From NCBI RefSeq assembly GCF_004010195.1, contig NC_057754.1, forward strand, positions 989,293 to 1,023,877: 34,585 bases of DNA, written 5' to 3'. The DNA comes from Chiloscyllium plagiosum (taxonomy: Eukaryota). A model generated the notes under the pieces. The model was not told where the DNA came from and ran no database searches. It worked only from the letters and a program-made list of their open reading frames with translations. Made by a program: the position numbers and the translations under genes. Below are positions 20,606-34,585 of the stretch, one piece after another (position 1 is the first letter of the stretch; every line of letters starts with the position of its first letter).

Positions 20606-21274
20606 AATAAGGTTATAGCTGGCTGATTGTGGTCTTAATGTCACTTTTTTGTTCAACCCCCATACTCCCTCATGGATTTAAAAATCTCTAATTTCACCAT
20701 GCAATATATTTAGTGACCCAACCCTGCTGCTCACTGGAGGAGAGAATTCTGAACATTAATGACTCTCAGAGAGAGGAAATTCCGCCTCTTCTTTAACAGA
20801 AATCTCTTTATTCCGAAATCACACAGACTCTAATTCTAGAATACGCGTCAAGAAGAAATAATCTCTTAGCATCGACTGTAAAACCCCCTCAGTAATCTTC
20901 CGAAAAGAGTTTTTGGAAAGGCGTTAACAATGAATTCAAGTAATAAGACTTTATTAATGGGTACATCGTGAATTCCAAGGGGATGAGCACAGGTCCATGA
21001 CTAACGTATGATTCATGTTTCTCCATCGTGTGAGAACCAGGGGTGACTAAACCAGCAGCAGTGACAGCCTAAAGTAAATCGTGAAATATTTCAGAAAGAT
21101 TGCATTGGCATCTGTCAAAAGAAGAAAATGCCTTTTTCACAGTCTATGAGAGCCAGGATTTTCATGCACAAAAAAAATCCCACCATCATTGTATCACATA
21201 CCCCTGCAGCAGCTGACACTTGAACCCCAGCCTCTTGGTCCAGAGGTAAGAACACTACCACTGTACCATAAGAG

Positions 21275-21610
21275 TGGCATAGTGGCTCAGTGGTTAGCGC
21301 TGCTGCCTCACAGTGCCAGGGACCCAGGTTTGATTCCACCCTGGAGTAATTGTCTGTTCGGAATTTGCATGTTCTTCCTTTTTCTGCGTGAGTTTCCTCC
21401 GGGTGCTCCAGTTTCCTACTACAGTCTAAAGATGTGCAGGTTAGATGGATTGGCCATACTAAATTGCCCATTGTCCTGGGGTGTACGGGCTAGTGGATTA
21501 ACCATGGGAGATGCAGAGAGATAGGATAGGGGGTGGTTCTAGATGGCATGCTCTTTGGAGGGTGGGTGAGGATTTGATGGGCCAAATGGTCTGCTTCCAC
21601 TCTGTCTAAG
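21275..21610 (+). mobile_element. tRNA-derived SINE (HE1-like)
   Basis: gtggcatagtggctcagtggttagc A box, gtttgattcc B box, shared core. Confidence 0.8.
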
Positions 21611-23128
21611 ATTCCTCCATGCCATCATTGTATGATTAAGATTTAAAACATTCAAATAAAACTAAATTAAGCACTTAATTTCATTTTGAAAGAAACTGAA
21701 AAGCAGAGAAGTCATATTAAATTTGTACAGTCCCCTACAAATGAATGTATAATTGCTGCAGATTGAAACATCACATGACAGGGGCAGGTTTACACCACAT
21801 TTACAAAATCATAGAAAAGTTATAGTGCAAAGGCTGTTCCAATCAGCATCTCATCACCTGGCATTTCCCCATAACCCGTTCCTTTTCAAATGACACTCTA
21901 ATTCCTTATTGAAAGCCTTGTTTGAGTCTATCTCCACTTCACTCTCACTGTCCATGAGACCTGGGAGCAGAAGTAGGCCATTCAGCCCATCGAATCTGCT
22001 GCATTATGCAATGAGATCATCGCCGATCTTGTTATCCTCAACTCCAGTTTCACGCCATTTCCCCTTAATCTTTGACTCTGTTCATGATTCAAAATCTGTC
22101 TCTGTCAGCCTTTGATACGCTCAATGACCCAGCCTTGACAGCCCTCTCTGGTAAAGAATTCCACAGATTCACTCCTCTCCGAGAGAAGAAATTCCTCCTC
22201 CTCTATCTTACGTAGGTAACAACTTATTCTGAGGTCATGCTCCTCTGGTCCTGAACTCTCCCACAAGGGGAACAACCTTTCCACATCTCCCCTGACAATG
22301 TGCCCTCAGAATCTTATTCTAGAATTCAGGCTAGACTCTTCAGGAGAGATGTTGGAAGTACTTCTACAGACAAGGCTGTTAGAGGTTTGGAACTATCTTC
22401 CACAAATGGCATTGGATGTCAGATCAGTTGTTCACTTTAAATCTGAGATAGATACATTTTTGTTAAGCTAAGATATTAAGGGATAAGCACCAAAGGCAGG
22501 TATATGGAGTTAGGCCACAGACCATCTAATTGAAAGGTAGAACGGGCTTGAGGGGCTGAATGGCCTCACTCTGTTCCCATGTTGCTAATTGCTCCACCAC
22601 TAGGGGCCTGCACTCAGCTCCTATTGGTCCTAATGTTCGGGATAACCCCTCAAATAGCTCTCTATCTCTCTTCCGTTTCAGAAACATTTCAAAACTAATC
22701 TCTTTGACCCCAGTTTTGGTCTCCTGATCTAATATTGTCCTTATGTGGCTCAGTATTAAAGCCTTTGTTTATAATTGACCACAAAGCGCCTCAGAACAGA
22801 CCAATATGCTAAATATAGTACAGAAATAAAAATTTTTATTGTTTGCTCAATGAGTTCTTTGACATGATTTGAATCTTGCTCATTCATGAAGTGCCAAAGC
22901 TTTTGAAAAATGTCACCATTTCCACAGTCTAAACATGTGCAGGTTAGGGTGGATTGCTAAATTGACCCCGAGTGTCCAGGGAAGTGCAGGCGAGGTGCAT
23001 TAACCATGTGTATTAGACAGTCCTGATGAAGGGCTTATGTCCAAAACATCAACTCTCCTTTTCCTCAGATGCTGCCTGACCTGCTCTGCTTTTTCCAGCG
23101 CCACCCTTTGCGACTCTGACTCTCCAGC

Positions 23129-24469
23129 ATCTGCAGACCTCACTCTCTCCTAGTATTAGCCACAAGAAATGCAGGATTACAGGGATAGGGTGGGTATCTG
23201 CAATCCTCACTCTCTCCTAGTATTAGCCATGGGAAATGCAGGATTACAGGGATAGGGTGGGTATCTGCAGTCCTCACTCTCTCCTAGTATTAGCCACGAG
23301 AAATGCAGGATTACAGGGACAGGGTGGGTATCTGCAGTCCTCACTCTCTCCTAGTATTAGCCATGGGAAATGCAGGATTACAGGGACAGGGTGGGTATCT
23401 GCAGTCCTCACTCTCTCCTAGTATTAGCCACGAGAAATGCAGGATTACAGGGACAGGGTGGGTATCTGCAGTCCTCACTCTCTCCTAGTATTAGCCACGA
23501 GAAATGCAGGTTTACAGGGATAGGGTGGGTATCTGCAGTCCTCACTCTCTCCTAGTATTAGCCATGGGAAATGCAGGATTACAGGGATAGGGTGGGTATC
23601 TGCATCCTCACTCTTCTCCTAGTATTAGCCATGGGAAATGCAGGATTACAGGGACAGGTTGGGTACCTGCAGTCCTCACTCTCTCCTAGTATTAGCCACG
23701 AGAAATGCAGGATTACAGGGATAGGGTGGGTATCTGCAGTCCTCACTCTCTCCTAGTATTAGCCACGAGAAATGCAGGATTACAGGGACAGGGTGGGTAT
23801 CTGCAGTCCTCACTCCCTCCTAGTATTAGCCACGAGAAATGCAGGATTACAGGGACAGGGTGGGTATCTGCAGTCCTCACTCTCTCCTAGTATTAGCCAC
23901 GTGAAATGCAGGATTACAGGGACAGGGTGGGTATCTGCAGTCCTCACTCTCTCCTAGTATTAGCCACGGGAAATGCAGGATTACAGGGACAGGGTGGGTA
24001 CCTGCAGTCCTCACTCTCTCCTAGTATTAGCCATGGGAAATGCAGGATTACAGGGACAGGTTGGGTACCTGCAGTCCTCACTCTCTCCTAGTATTAGCCA
24101 TGGGAAATGCAGGATTACAGGGATAGGGTGGGTATCTGCAGTCCTCACTCCCTCCTAGTATTAGCCACGTGAAATGCAGGATTACAGGGACAGGGTGGGT
24201 ATCTGCAGTCCTCACTCTCTCCTAGTATTAGCCACGTGAAATGCAGGATTACAGGGACAGGGTGGGTATCTGCAGTCCTCACTCTCTCCTAGTATTAGCC
24301 ATGGGAAATGCAGGATTACAGGGACAGGGTGGGTACCTGCAGTCCTCACTCTCTCCTAGTATTAGCCATGGGAAATGCAGGATTACAGGGATAGGGTGGG
24401 TATCTGCAGTCCTCACTCTCTCCTAGTATTAGCCATGGGAAATGCAGGATTACAGGGATAGGGTGGGTA
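23129..24469. repeat. 67-bp minisatellite, ~20 copies
   Basis: Unit atctgcagtcctcactctctcctagtattagccatgggaaatgcaggattacagggatagggtgggt with period 67; explains the repeated 61-aa ORFs. Confidence 0.95.
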
Positions 24470-27349
24470 TGGATGAGCTGCTGTTCGGAGGGTCGGTGTG
24501 GACCTGATGGACCGAATGCCTTGCTTTCCACACTGTCCAGATGCTATAACTCGATTAACGTCAGAGTGCTGGAAAAAAAACATAGTGAGAGAGAAAGAGG
24601 ATGCAAGGACAATTTGGCAAAGTAGACAGGTGGGTGGCTGGAAGAACACAGCAAGCCAGGCAGCATCAACACTATGGGTGTAACCCTTCTTCAGGACTGA
24701 GGGTGGGTGTGGGGGGCAGCTGCAGATAAAGGGAGTGGTGGGGACAGGGTAGTGAAATGGTGATAGGTGAAGACAAGTAGAGGGTACGACCTGGTAGGTT
24801 ACACCCAAAACGTTGACTTCTCCCCCTCCTGAGATTGCCTGGCTTGCTCTGTTCTTCCAGCCTCCTGCCTGGCTACTTTGGATTCCAGCATCTGCAGTTT
24901 CCTTTGTCTCTTGTCTAGAACAATTTGGCAAAGCAGATATATGCAATGAGTGGCAGTAGATGGCAGTATTGCACCAAGGATAATAATTAAGTGACATATA
25001 CAGCTCTGATTTGAACCAGGAAAAAGCAGCAAACAATTCAAATCAAAGAGTTTTTTTTCTGCTGGATCATGTCGGACATACACAGAGGTCTGGCAGCATT
25101 TGTGGAGAGAGAATTGGAATGAATGCGTCATGTCTAGGCCAGACAGAGAATGCTTTATAGAACAGTATAGAGTTATAAAAATTTAACAGCATGGAAATAA
25201 AGAAACATCAAAAATAGAACCAGTCTTAGGCCATTCGGCCCTGCCAGCCTGCTCCCCCATTCAGTATGGTCACAGCTGATCATCCAACTCAGCTCTCTGT
25301 TCCTGCTTTATCCCTCCCCATACCCTTCCATTCCTTCAGCCCCAAGAACTGGATCAAATTCCTTCTTGAAAATGTTCAATGTTTTGGCCTCAACTGCTTT
25401 CTGTGGCAGAGAATTCCCCAGGCTCCCCACCCTCTGGGGGAAGATGTTCCTCATTATCCTACCTCGTATCTTTAGACTGTGACCCTTGGTTCAGAAAACC
25501 CCAGCCCCCAGCCCCCCCCCCCCCCCCCCCCCCCACTCCTCGCCCTGGTCATCAGCAACATCCTTTCTGTGTTTCCCCTGTCTATTCCTGTTAGAACGTT
25601 ATACGTGTCAAAAAGGAAACCATTCATCCATTGTGTCCATGCCAGCCCATCAAGCATCCATCTAATCTAATCCCATTTTCCAGCACTTGGCCTACAGTTT
25701 TGTCTGCAATGTGTTTATGTGCTCATCTCAATACTTCTTAAATATTCTGAGCGTTCCTGCCTTTATCACCCTCAGGGTGAAAAAATACTTCCTCAAACCC
25801 CCTTAAAACCTCTTGCTCACTACCCAAAATCTACGCCTCTTGGTTACAGACCCCTCTCCTACGGGAACTATCTCTCCCTCTATGCCGCTCAGAACTTTGT
25901 GCACCTCCATCAGGTCTCCCCCCACCTCACCTCAGCCTTCACTACTCTAAGGAAAACAATCCTGGCCCATCCAGTTTCTCTTCATCACTGAATCACTCCA
26001 GCTCAGGCAGCGTCCTGGTGAATCTCCTCTTCACTCCTTCCAGCACAATCACATCCTCCCTTTAGTGCGGTGACCAGAACTTCACACTGTACTCCAGCTG
26101 TGGCTGAACTAACATCCATACAGCTCTGTCATATCCTCTGCCCTCCTTCCAGCGCAATCACACCCTTCCGATAGTGTGGTGACCAGAACTTCACACTGTA
26201 CTCCAGCTGTGACATAACTAACATCTTATACAGCTCTGTCATATCCTCCCTGACCTTGCATTCAATGCTTTGAATGACACTCTATGTCTATTTTCGATAA
26301 ATCACCATTCAGGCCCCAGTGGAATTTTGTATCCAACTCTGGACCCTGCACTTTAGAAAGAATATCCAGACCCTTAGAGGGTGGGGAGGGAAATTTACTG
26401 GAATGGCCCCAGGGATGAGGGTCCTCAGTGAACGAGGAGAGAGACCGGAGACGCTGTGGGATTGCTCCCCCAGGAGTGGGGAAAGTTCGGGGGGGGGGGG
26501 GGGGGGGAGGAGATTGAATCGAGGCGTTCGGAATTAGGAAGGGGCTGTCGGATTGAGTCAATGTTTGCTCCCAGCGACAGGACAGTCACAGACTGAAGGG
26601 GTTCAGGAACAGATTCCGAGGGAGGGAGAAGAAGATGAAGAGAATATTTCATTTGAGGCAGTGAGTTGTTGTGATCTGGGACCATGCTGCCTGAAAGGGC
26701 AGGGAGAGAGCAGATTCAATTGTAACTTTCAAAACAGGGGAGTATCAGGGAAATAGTAGGAAAGGAGGAATTTAAAGAGAGCTGCGGAGAAAGGGGATAG
26801 TTTCAATAGCTCTCTCTCAAAGGGATGGAGCAAGCGACCAACCCTGTGCCCTGTGACTCTCTGTTTTTTAAGTTATAAAGCCACAATTTTATGAGGTACA
26901 GCACAGAGTACAGAGGTCAGATTGTGAATCAGATCCACCATGCATGATTTGCACTGAACTGTACTTTGGTAATATCTGTCCTGGTTTATGGTTAAAGCAG
27001 CCATTAAGGGCCCTGCAGAATATACTCAGCATAGTTTTATTATGGTGATTAACAGCATTGGGTAATTGAGTGAGGTTAGGCTTTTTATATAATACAGCAC
27101 AAAGCCTATCAGAAAATGTAAACAATAAGATACAAGGTCCTCAGGCTTGTTAATGTGTAAACTAGCCAATAGACTGAGCAACAGTTTAATCTGGTAACTG
27201 CCATTGTGCAGGAGGTAGCTTTCTCACAACAGGGTTGGTCGCTCAATATTAATGATCTGACAGTACTCTCTCATGATTGAACCTCCAAGGGTACAACAAT
27301 CCCTCAGCACTGATCCTCCGACAGTGCCCACACCCTCAGTGCTCCACAA

Positions 27350-28230
27350 CAATCATCAATACCAGTGCCCTGCCAGGCTGCGTACTCAGCCCCTTACTAT
27401 ACTCCTTATATACTCAAAACTGTGTGGCCAAATTCAGCTTTAACTCTATTTACAAATTTGCTGATCACATCCATCATAGTAGGTCAGATCTGAAACAATG
27501 ACGAGATAGAGGAAAGGAAGGAGACAGACATCTTAATGGCATGGTGTAAAGATAAGAATCTCTCCCTTAAGGTCAGCAAATGAAGAAGTGGAGTGGAAGA
27601 CACACCCCTGTCTGTATCAGCTGTGTTCAGGTGGAGGTGATTGAGAGCTTCAAGTTCCTAGGAGTAAATATTATCGACAATCTGTCCTGCTCCACCCACA
27701 CCAATACTACAGTCAAGAAAACACACCTCTACTTCCTCACAAGGCTAAGGAAATTCGGCATAATGTCCACAAAGACTCTTATTGATTTTTATAGATAGAC
27801 CATAGAAAGTATCCTTTCTGGATGCATCACAGGTTGGTACGGCAATTGCTCTGCCCAAGACCACGAGAAATTACAGAGATCTGTGAACACAGTCCATCAC
27901 ACCAACCAGCCTTCCATCCACTGACTCCATCTACACTTCCCACTGCCTCGGGAAGGCAGCCGACATCATCATAGACCCCTCCCAACCCGGGAATATTCCC
28001 TTCCACTAGACAGAAGACACAAACGTTTTAAAACACATGCCAACAAACTTAAGAACAGCTTCTTCCCCCACTGTTGTCAGATTTATGAACTGACCTCTCA
28101 TATATGAGACTTGAACTCTCTCTCTGCACCTTCTCTGTAGCTGTAACACTATATTCTGCATTCTGTTTTATTATCCTGTTGTACTTGTGTAAAGTATGAT
28201 TTGTCTGGATAGCACACAAAACAATATGCT
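27350..28230 (+). mobile_element. Degenerate Rex1/Babar-type LINE 3' part
   Basis: GCVLSPLLYSLYT...YKFAD and FKFLGVNIIDNLS...LYFLTRLRKFG peptides; related 3' end inverted at ~4105-4490. Confidence 0.75.
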
Positions 28231-28850
28231 CTGACCCTGCAGTGCTCCCTTGACACTGACCTTCTGACAATGTGGTACTCCCTCAGAACTAATCCTTTGA
28301 CAGTGCAGCACTTCCTCAGCACTAATTATCTGATAGTGCCCACTCCCTCAGCACTGTCCCTTCAATAGTGTGGTACTCCCTCTGCGCTGGCCCTCTGACA
28401 GTGCGGCACACTCTCATACTGATCCTCCAACAGTGCAGCAATCCCTTAGCACTGACCGTCTGACAATGCGGCACTGCCTCAGCGCTGACCCTCCGACAGT
28501 TCAGCACTCCCTCAGAACTGACCCTCCAACAATGCAGCACTCCCTAGTGCTGCCCCTTCAACAGTGCGGTGGTCCCTCAGCACTGACCCTCCGACAGTGT
28601 GGCACTCTCTCAGCAGTGACCCTCCGGTGGTGTGGCACTCCCTCAGTACTGACCCTCTGGCAGTGCGGCACTCCCTCAGCACTGACCTTTCGACGGTGCA
28701 GCGCTTCCTCAGCACCGACCCTCCGACAGGATGACACTCCCTCAGCACTGATCCTCCGACAGGGTGACACTCCCTCAGCATTGACCCTCCAACAGTGTGG
28801 TGCACCCTTTGCACTGACCCTCCAACAAATGCAACATTCCTTAGGTACTG
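28230..28850. repeat. Diverged ~33-bp tandem repeat
   Basis: Unit ctgaccctccgacagtgcggcactccctcagca; produces the spurious long ORFs at 28322-29109. Confidence 0.9.
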
Positions 28851-31780
28851 AATAATCAAGAGCAAAAGGAGAAAACAAAATAAATGAAATAATCATCATC
28901 AGAGAAAAATATGCTGGGCAAACTAGTGGGGCCAAAGACAGATAGGTCCCTTGGATCTGATGGGGTGCATCCTGGGATAAAAAGGGAGCAGCGATAGAGA
29001 TAGTGAATTTACTGGTAGTAATCTTCCATGAATCCTTAGGAAATGTCTCAAAAGATTGAAAAGCTGCCAATGTAACACCTTTATTCAAAAGGGAGGGAGC
29101 TATAAACAAGTAACTATAGGTCAGTTAGCTTAATGTCTGTGGTTACAAAGATGCTACGAGTCTATTAGAAACATTGAGTATGAATATGACGAAGCAGAGT
29201 TGCTTGGGCTTCATGAAGGGGAAATCATGCCTGATAAATTCACTAGAATATTTTCAAGTGGTAACAAGCAGGACAGATAAAGGGGAAACAATGGATGGAA
29301 TATATTTGGAATTTTAGAAGGCACCACAAATTATGCTACTTACTAAGGTAAGAGCCCATGGTATTGGATATCATATGTTCACATAGATGGAGGATTTACA
29401 AACCAATGACTGATGTATGAGCAGAGATTGGGTCACTTACGATTGTATTCACTGGCAGTTTAGAAGAATGAGGGAGGAATCTCATGGAAACTTATAAAAT
29501 TCTAACAAGACTGGATAGGTTAGATGCTGATAACATGAATGGATGGATGGACAACAATGGAGAGATGAATGGATGGACAAATGAATGAATGATTTTATTG
29601 TATTTTACAATGAGAAAAACAGTAAAATATAGCAAAGTGTTTTTCACTGTCACCACAATCTGGCACATTGTGAATAGTTTTAAGAATAAGAAATAAAATA
29701 GAAAACTCAATGATCAGGGAATTCAGAACCAGGGGATATCTTTCAAGGATTGTGGGGGGGGGGGCGAGGGGAGGGGAACTGAGGTGAGAAATTTGTTCTC
29801 CTAGAGAGTGATGAGCCTGTGGAATTCAATGCCACAGGAAGCAGTTGAAGCCAAAATATTGTGGTTTCAATATAGCTCTTGTGGCCAAAGGGATGAAGGG
29901 AAATGGGGGAAGTGTGGGATTAGATTAGTGAGATCAATGACCAGCCATGATCATATTCAATGGCAGAGCAGGCTTGAGGGGTGAAATGGCCTATTCCTGC
30001 TCCTACCTTCAATGTTTGTATGTTAATTGAAAACAGAGAGCTGGAGTAAAGGGGACAATTTCAGGATAGCAACGTGTACCTAGTGCAGTGCAACAGGGAT
30101 CAGTGCTGGGGCAATATATTAATTACTAGAATTAGAATGAATGAGCTTTATTGTCACATGTACTTAAATGAGTACAGCGAAAAGTGTTTAAATCGCCACT
30201 TACGGTGCCATCTTCGGTACTAGGTCCCTAGGAATAGCTTCTTCAGTTACAATTCTTAGAAAAATAGAGAAGTAAAAAGTCCAACATTGCAGATTTTAGG
30301 AATAACATAAAATGGAGAAAAAAAAAATTCAGTACATGGGTCATAGAGATGTACAGCGCGGAAACAGATCCTTCGGTCCAATCCATCCATGCCGACCAGA
30401 TATCCTCCTTGCAATCCAGTCCATGTTGGGCCTTGAGTCTAGACTCCACCTGGCTTCACCTCAGAGTTCACAAGGCCTGGAGAATGCTCTGAAATCACCT
30501 GGAGACTGGAGGTTCTTGCTGGACTGAGACACCGCCATACTGGGCCAGGGGGCCTCCACGCCACATCCAGGGGAGCCTTGTTGGGTCCGTGCAGATGCCA
30601 CAAGGTCTTACGTTGGAGTCCACAAGGTCAGAAGCTGGGAGTTTGGATTCTGCGAGGTGAGAGGCTGGGAGTTCCTAGGCCGGGAGGTAGGAGGCCAGGA
30701 AGAGAGGAGGAGAAAAAAATGACCAAAGAGAAAAAAAGAGAACAGACAGAATGGACAATTTCCGGCTCAAGCATCCTACCTCGCTGCCATCTTGGATTAA
30801 GTGCATCTACCATATAAGAATCTTGTGTGTTTCAATAAGGTTCTCTTTTGTCCCTCTAAACTCCAATGAGTACAGGCAAAACCTACCTCCCCTCATAAGA
30901 AAGTCCCTCCATATTCGGAATCAACCTAGTGAACTTTCTCCGGATTGCCACTTTAGATAAGGGAACTTATCCTGGACTAAGATGGGGATAGTAAATGCTC
31001 TATTGCCAGGTTCAAAGATGTCACAAAACGAGATGTAAAGGCAAGTGATGAGGATGACACAAAGAGTCTGCAAAGGGCTACAGACAGGGCAAATAGGATG
31101 CAATGTGGGAATTTGTGAGGTTTTCCATTTTGGCAGGAATTGAAGAACTGAATGTTATTTAAATGGAAACAACTTGCAGAAAGCTACAGCAGAGGGATTT
31201 GGGACACAAAAGCAAGCTTCCAAATTCCACTGGTATTAGGGAAGGGAAATGGACTATTGGCCTTTATTTCAAAGCAAATGCAGTATAAAACTAGGGAGGT
31301 TTTGGTAAAACCACACAAGGTACTAGTCAGACCACAGCCGGAATATTATGAACAGATTTTAGGCTGCTTATCTAGGGAAAGATATACTTATACTGGAGGC
31401 AGTCCAGAAAAAGTTCACTGGGTTAATTCCGGATATGGTGGGACTGTCGTACTCACTGGAGTTTAGAAGAACATAAGACAACTTTATTGAAACATACAAG
31501 ACTCTTGCAACACTAGACATGGCAGATGCAGAAGGATTGTTTCCTCTTGTGGTTGGGTATAGGAACAGAGGGCCTATCTCAGGATAAGGGGTCACACATT
31601 TAAGTCAGAGGTGAAGAAAAGTTTATTCTCTTGGAGAGTGGTATATTCAAGGCAGATTTTTATTCAAAAAGGGAATAAAGGATTATATGGAAATGCAGGG
31701 AAGTGAAGCTGAGAATTATTAGATCAGCTGATATCATTAAATGGTGAAGCAGACCTGATGGGCCAAATGGCTTATCCTAA
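28850..31780 (+). mobile_element. Old fragmented CR1-type LINE pieces with nested insertions
   Basis: Decayed RT motifs (gccaatgtaacacctttattcaaaa, ggcttcatgaaggggaaatcatgcctga, VLVRPQPEYYEQ) with many stops and frameshifts. Confidence 0.65.
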
Positions 31781-32605
31781 GATATAGGAGCAAAATTAGA
31801 TCATTTGGCTCACTGAGTTTGCTCTCCCATTCGTTCTTGGCTGATATGTTTCTCAACCCCATTCTCTTGCCCTCTCCCTTTAACCCTTGATCCCCTTACT
31901 AATTGAGAACCTAGCTATCTCTGTCAATGACTTGGTCCCCACAGCCCTCTGCAGCAATGACATCCACAGATTCAACATTTAAAAATGTGTTGCTGGAAAA
32001 GCGCAGCAGGTCAGGCAGCATCAAAGGAGAAGGAAAATCGACGTTTTGGAAGGGCTTATGTCTATATTCTGATAATTTAGCAATGAACTGGGCTTGAGCG
32101 TACATGATGTAACTTGACCGTTTCCAGTTGGCACAAAAAACTGCACAATGCTGTAAACGGTGCAGAGGAGTGCAGGTGACATGGAAACCTTGTGAATGGG
32201 ATAGTAACAGTCTTCTTCTTAATTCTAGTGTACCTACAAAATTTTGTTTATTTGTTCATGGGATTTGAGCATCGCTGGCTGGGCCAGCATTTAATACCCA
32301 GAAGGTAGTGAAGACTCAACCACATTGCTGAGAGTGTGGAATCACATGTAGATCAGACCGGGTAAGCATGGCAGATCTCCTTCCCTGAAGGATATTCGGT
32401 GGCCTAGTTGAGTTTGTCTTCCTAACAAATAACAATGATTTAATGGTAATCATTTCACTGTTAGTTCCAGATTTTTAACTGAATCCAAATTCCACTATTT
32501 GACATGGTGGGATTTGAACCTGGGTCCCAGATCATTAGTGGGGTTTCGGGATTGATAGTCTAGTACTAATATCGCTAGGCCATTGCCTCCCAGAATAGAA
32601 CATTA

Positions 32606-33855
32606 GAGACCTTTGAGGAAGTGACCAATTTGATAGATGAAGGAAGGGCTGTAGATATCATACACATGGACTTTAGTAAGGCGTTTGATAAGGTTCCCCA
32701 TGGTAAACTAATGGAGAAAGTGAAATCACATGGTGTGCAGGGTGTTCTAGCTAGGTGGATAAAGAACTGGTTGAGTAACAGGAGACAGAGAGTAGTAGTT
32801 GAAGGGAGTTTCTCAAAATGGCGAAAGGTGACCAGTGGTGTTCCACAGGGGTCAGTGCTGGGACCACTGTTGTTTGTGATATACATAAATGATCTGGAAG
32901 AGGGCATAGTTGGTATGATCAGCAAGTTTGCAGATGACACAAAGATTGGTGGAGTAGCAGAAAGCATAAGGGACTGTCAGAGAATACAGGAGGATATAGA
33001 TAGACTGGAGAGTCAGGTGGAGAAGTGGTAGATGGAGTTCAATCCAGGCAAATGTGAGGTGATGCATTTAGGCAAGTCTAATTCTAGAGCAAATTATACA
33101 GTAAACAGAAGAGCCTTGGGAAAAGTTGTTGGGCAGAGAGATGGGAGTTCAGGTCCATTGTACCCTGAAGGTTGCTGCATAGGTGGATAGAGAGGTCAAG
33201 AAGGCATATGGTATGCTTGCCTTCATCGGATGGAGCATTGAGTATAAGAGCTGGCAGGTCATATTAAAATTGTACAAGACATTGTTTCAGCCGCATTTAG
33301 AATACTGTGTACAGTTCTGGTCGCCACATTACCAAAAGGACGTGGACGTTTTGGAGAGGGTTCAGAGAAGGTTTATGAGGATGTTGCCTGGTATTGAAGG
33401 TGCTAGCTATGAAGAGAAGTTGAATAGGTTAGGATTGTTTTCATTAGAAAAAAGGATGTTGAGGGGGGAGACCTGACTGAGGTCTACAAAATCATGAAGG
33501 GTTTAGACAGGGTGGATAGAGATAAGCTTTTTCCCAGGGTGGAGGATTCAATAATGAGAGGTCATGCTTTCAAGGTGAGAGGAGAAAAGTTTAAGGGGGA
33601 TACACACTGTAAGTACTTTACACAGAGGGTGGTAGGTGCCTGGAATTCGTTGCCAGCAGAGGTAGGAGAAACCGGCACGGTAGATTGATTTAAGATGCGT
33701 CTGGACAGATGCACGAGTAGGTGGGGAGCTGAGGGATACAGATACTTAGGAACTGGGGAACAGGTTTAAACTGTGGATTTGGATCGGCTCAGGCTTGGAG
33801 GGCCGAAGGGTCTGTTCCTGGGCTGTAAATTTTCTTTGTTCTTCTTTGTTCTTTG
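32606..33855 (+). mobile_element. CR1 LINE 3' portion (RT domain disabled by stops and frameshifts)
   Basis: MDFSKAFDKVPH, GVPQGSVLGPLLFVIYINDL, KFADDTK, HLEYCVQFWSP; (ttctttg)-like tail at ~33830-33855. Confidence 0.92.
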
Positions 33856-33869
33856 AAGTTCCCATCATA

Positions 33870-34400
33870 TATTGACAGGCTGGTTAAGAAGGCGTTTAGC
33901 TCACTTGCTTTTCTTGCTCAGGCCTCTGAATAAAGGAGTTAGTACGTTATGTTGAGATTGGACAGGATGTTGGTGAGGTCTCTTCTGCAATACTGTGTCC
34001 AGTTCTGGTCACCCAGTTACAGGAAAGATATAGAAAGCTGAAGTGGGTTCAGAAGAGATTTTGCACAATGTTGCCCGGCATGGAAGATTTGAGTTATAAA
34101 GAGAGGTTAGATAGGCTGGGATTTTTTTCACTGGAGTGCAGGAGGTTGACAGGCGACCTTATAGAAGTTTACAAAATCATTAAGGATATAGGTAGAGTCA
34201 ATTGTAGTTGTCTTTTCCCTAGGATGGGTGATTTCAAGACAAGGGGGCACAATTTTAAGGTGAGAGGAGAGAGAGTTTAAAAAAGACATGAGGGGCAAAT
34301 GTTTTACACAGAGCGGGGTTCACATGTGGAATGAACTTCCCGGAGTGTTGGATGTGAATATAGTTATGACATTTAAAAGATACTTGGATAAGTACACGAG
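33870..34400 (+). mobile_element. CR1 LINE 3' fragment
   Basis: MLPGMEDLSYKERLDRLGFFSLECRRLTGDLIEVYK. Confidence 0.85.
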
Positions 34401-34402
34401 TA

Positions 34403-34585
34403 TAGAGTCATAGAGACGTACAGCATGGAAACAGACCCTTCAGTCCAACCCGTCCATGCCGACCAGATATCCCAATCTAATCTAGTCCCACCTGCCAGCA
34501 CCCGGCCCATATCCCTCCAAACCCTTCCTATTCATATACCCATCCAAATGCCTCTTAGATGTTGCAATTGTACCAGCCTCCACCA
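34403..34585 (-). mobile_element. CR1 3' end, same subfamily as 1905-2100
   Basis: tagagtcatagag...ggaaacagacccttc...ctagtcccacctgccagcac is near-identical to 1907-2090. Confidence 0.85.

Noticed and set aside
23129..24469. Regular array resembling CRISPR or a repeated peptide gene
   Set aside because: No unique spacers, eukaryotic context, and the 67-bp unit shifts frame; it is a plain minisatellite
26036..26248. Two-copy ~109-bp tandem duplication
   Set aside because: Lies within a decayed LINE fragment with no sign of function
32621..33688. Reverse transcriptase ORFs as an active element
   Set aside because: 5'-truncated, with an in-frame stop and frameshifts

Overview
Vertebrate genomic DNA. 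The repeat set (tRNA-derived SINEs, CR1 and Rex1 LINEs, Penelope-like termini) points to a shark or other cartilaginous fish, which is an inference. The window holds two convergent genes. (1) A two-exon B4GAT1 (beta-1,4-glucuronyltransferase 1) on + (CDS 542-1744 and 8107-8298, 464 aa). (2) A non-coding snoRNA host gene on - (about 19467 down to about 10490), which the ORF track cannot show. It is recognisable as an SNHG1/UHG (U22 host gene) orthologue, with tiny exons and intronic C/D snoRNAs in the order SNORD25, 26, 27, [unassigned C/D snoRNA], 22, 29, 30, 31. The most interesting element is the unassigned C/D snoRNA at 14446-14533. It sits where SNORD28 would be expected and carries an antisense element to the 18S rRNA GCUUUGGUGA segment, a site I do not recall among human 2'-O-methylations. 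From about 20 kb onward the window is a mosaic of decayed transposons and minisatellites. Family assignments rest on recalled human sequences; no search was run.
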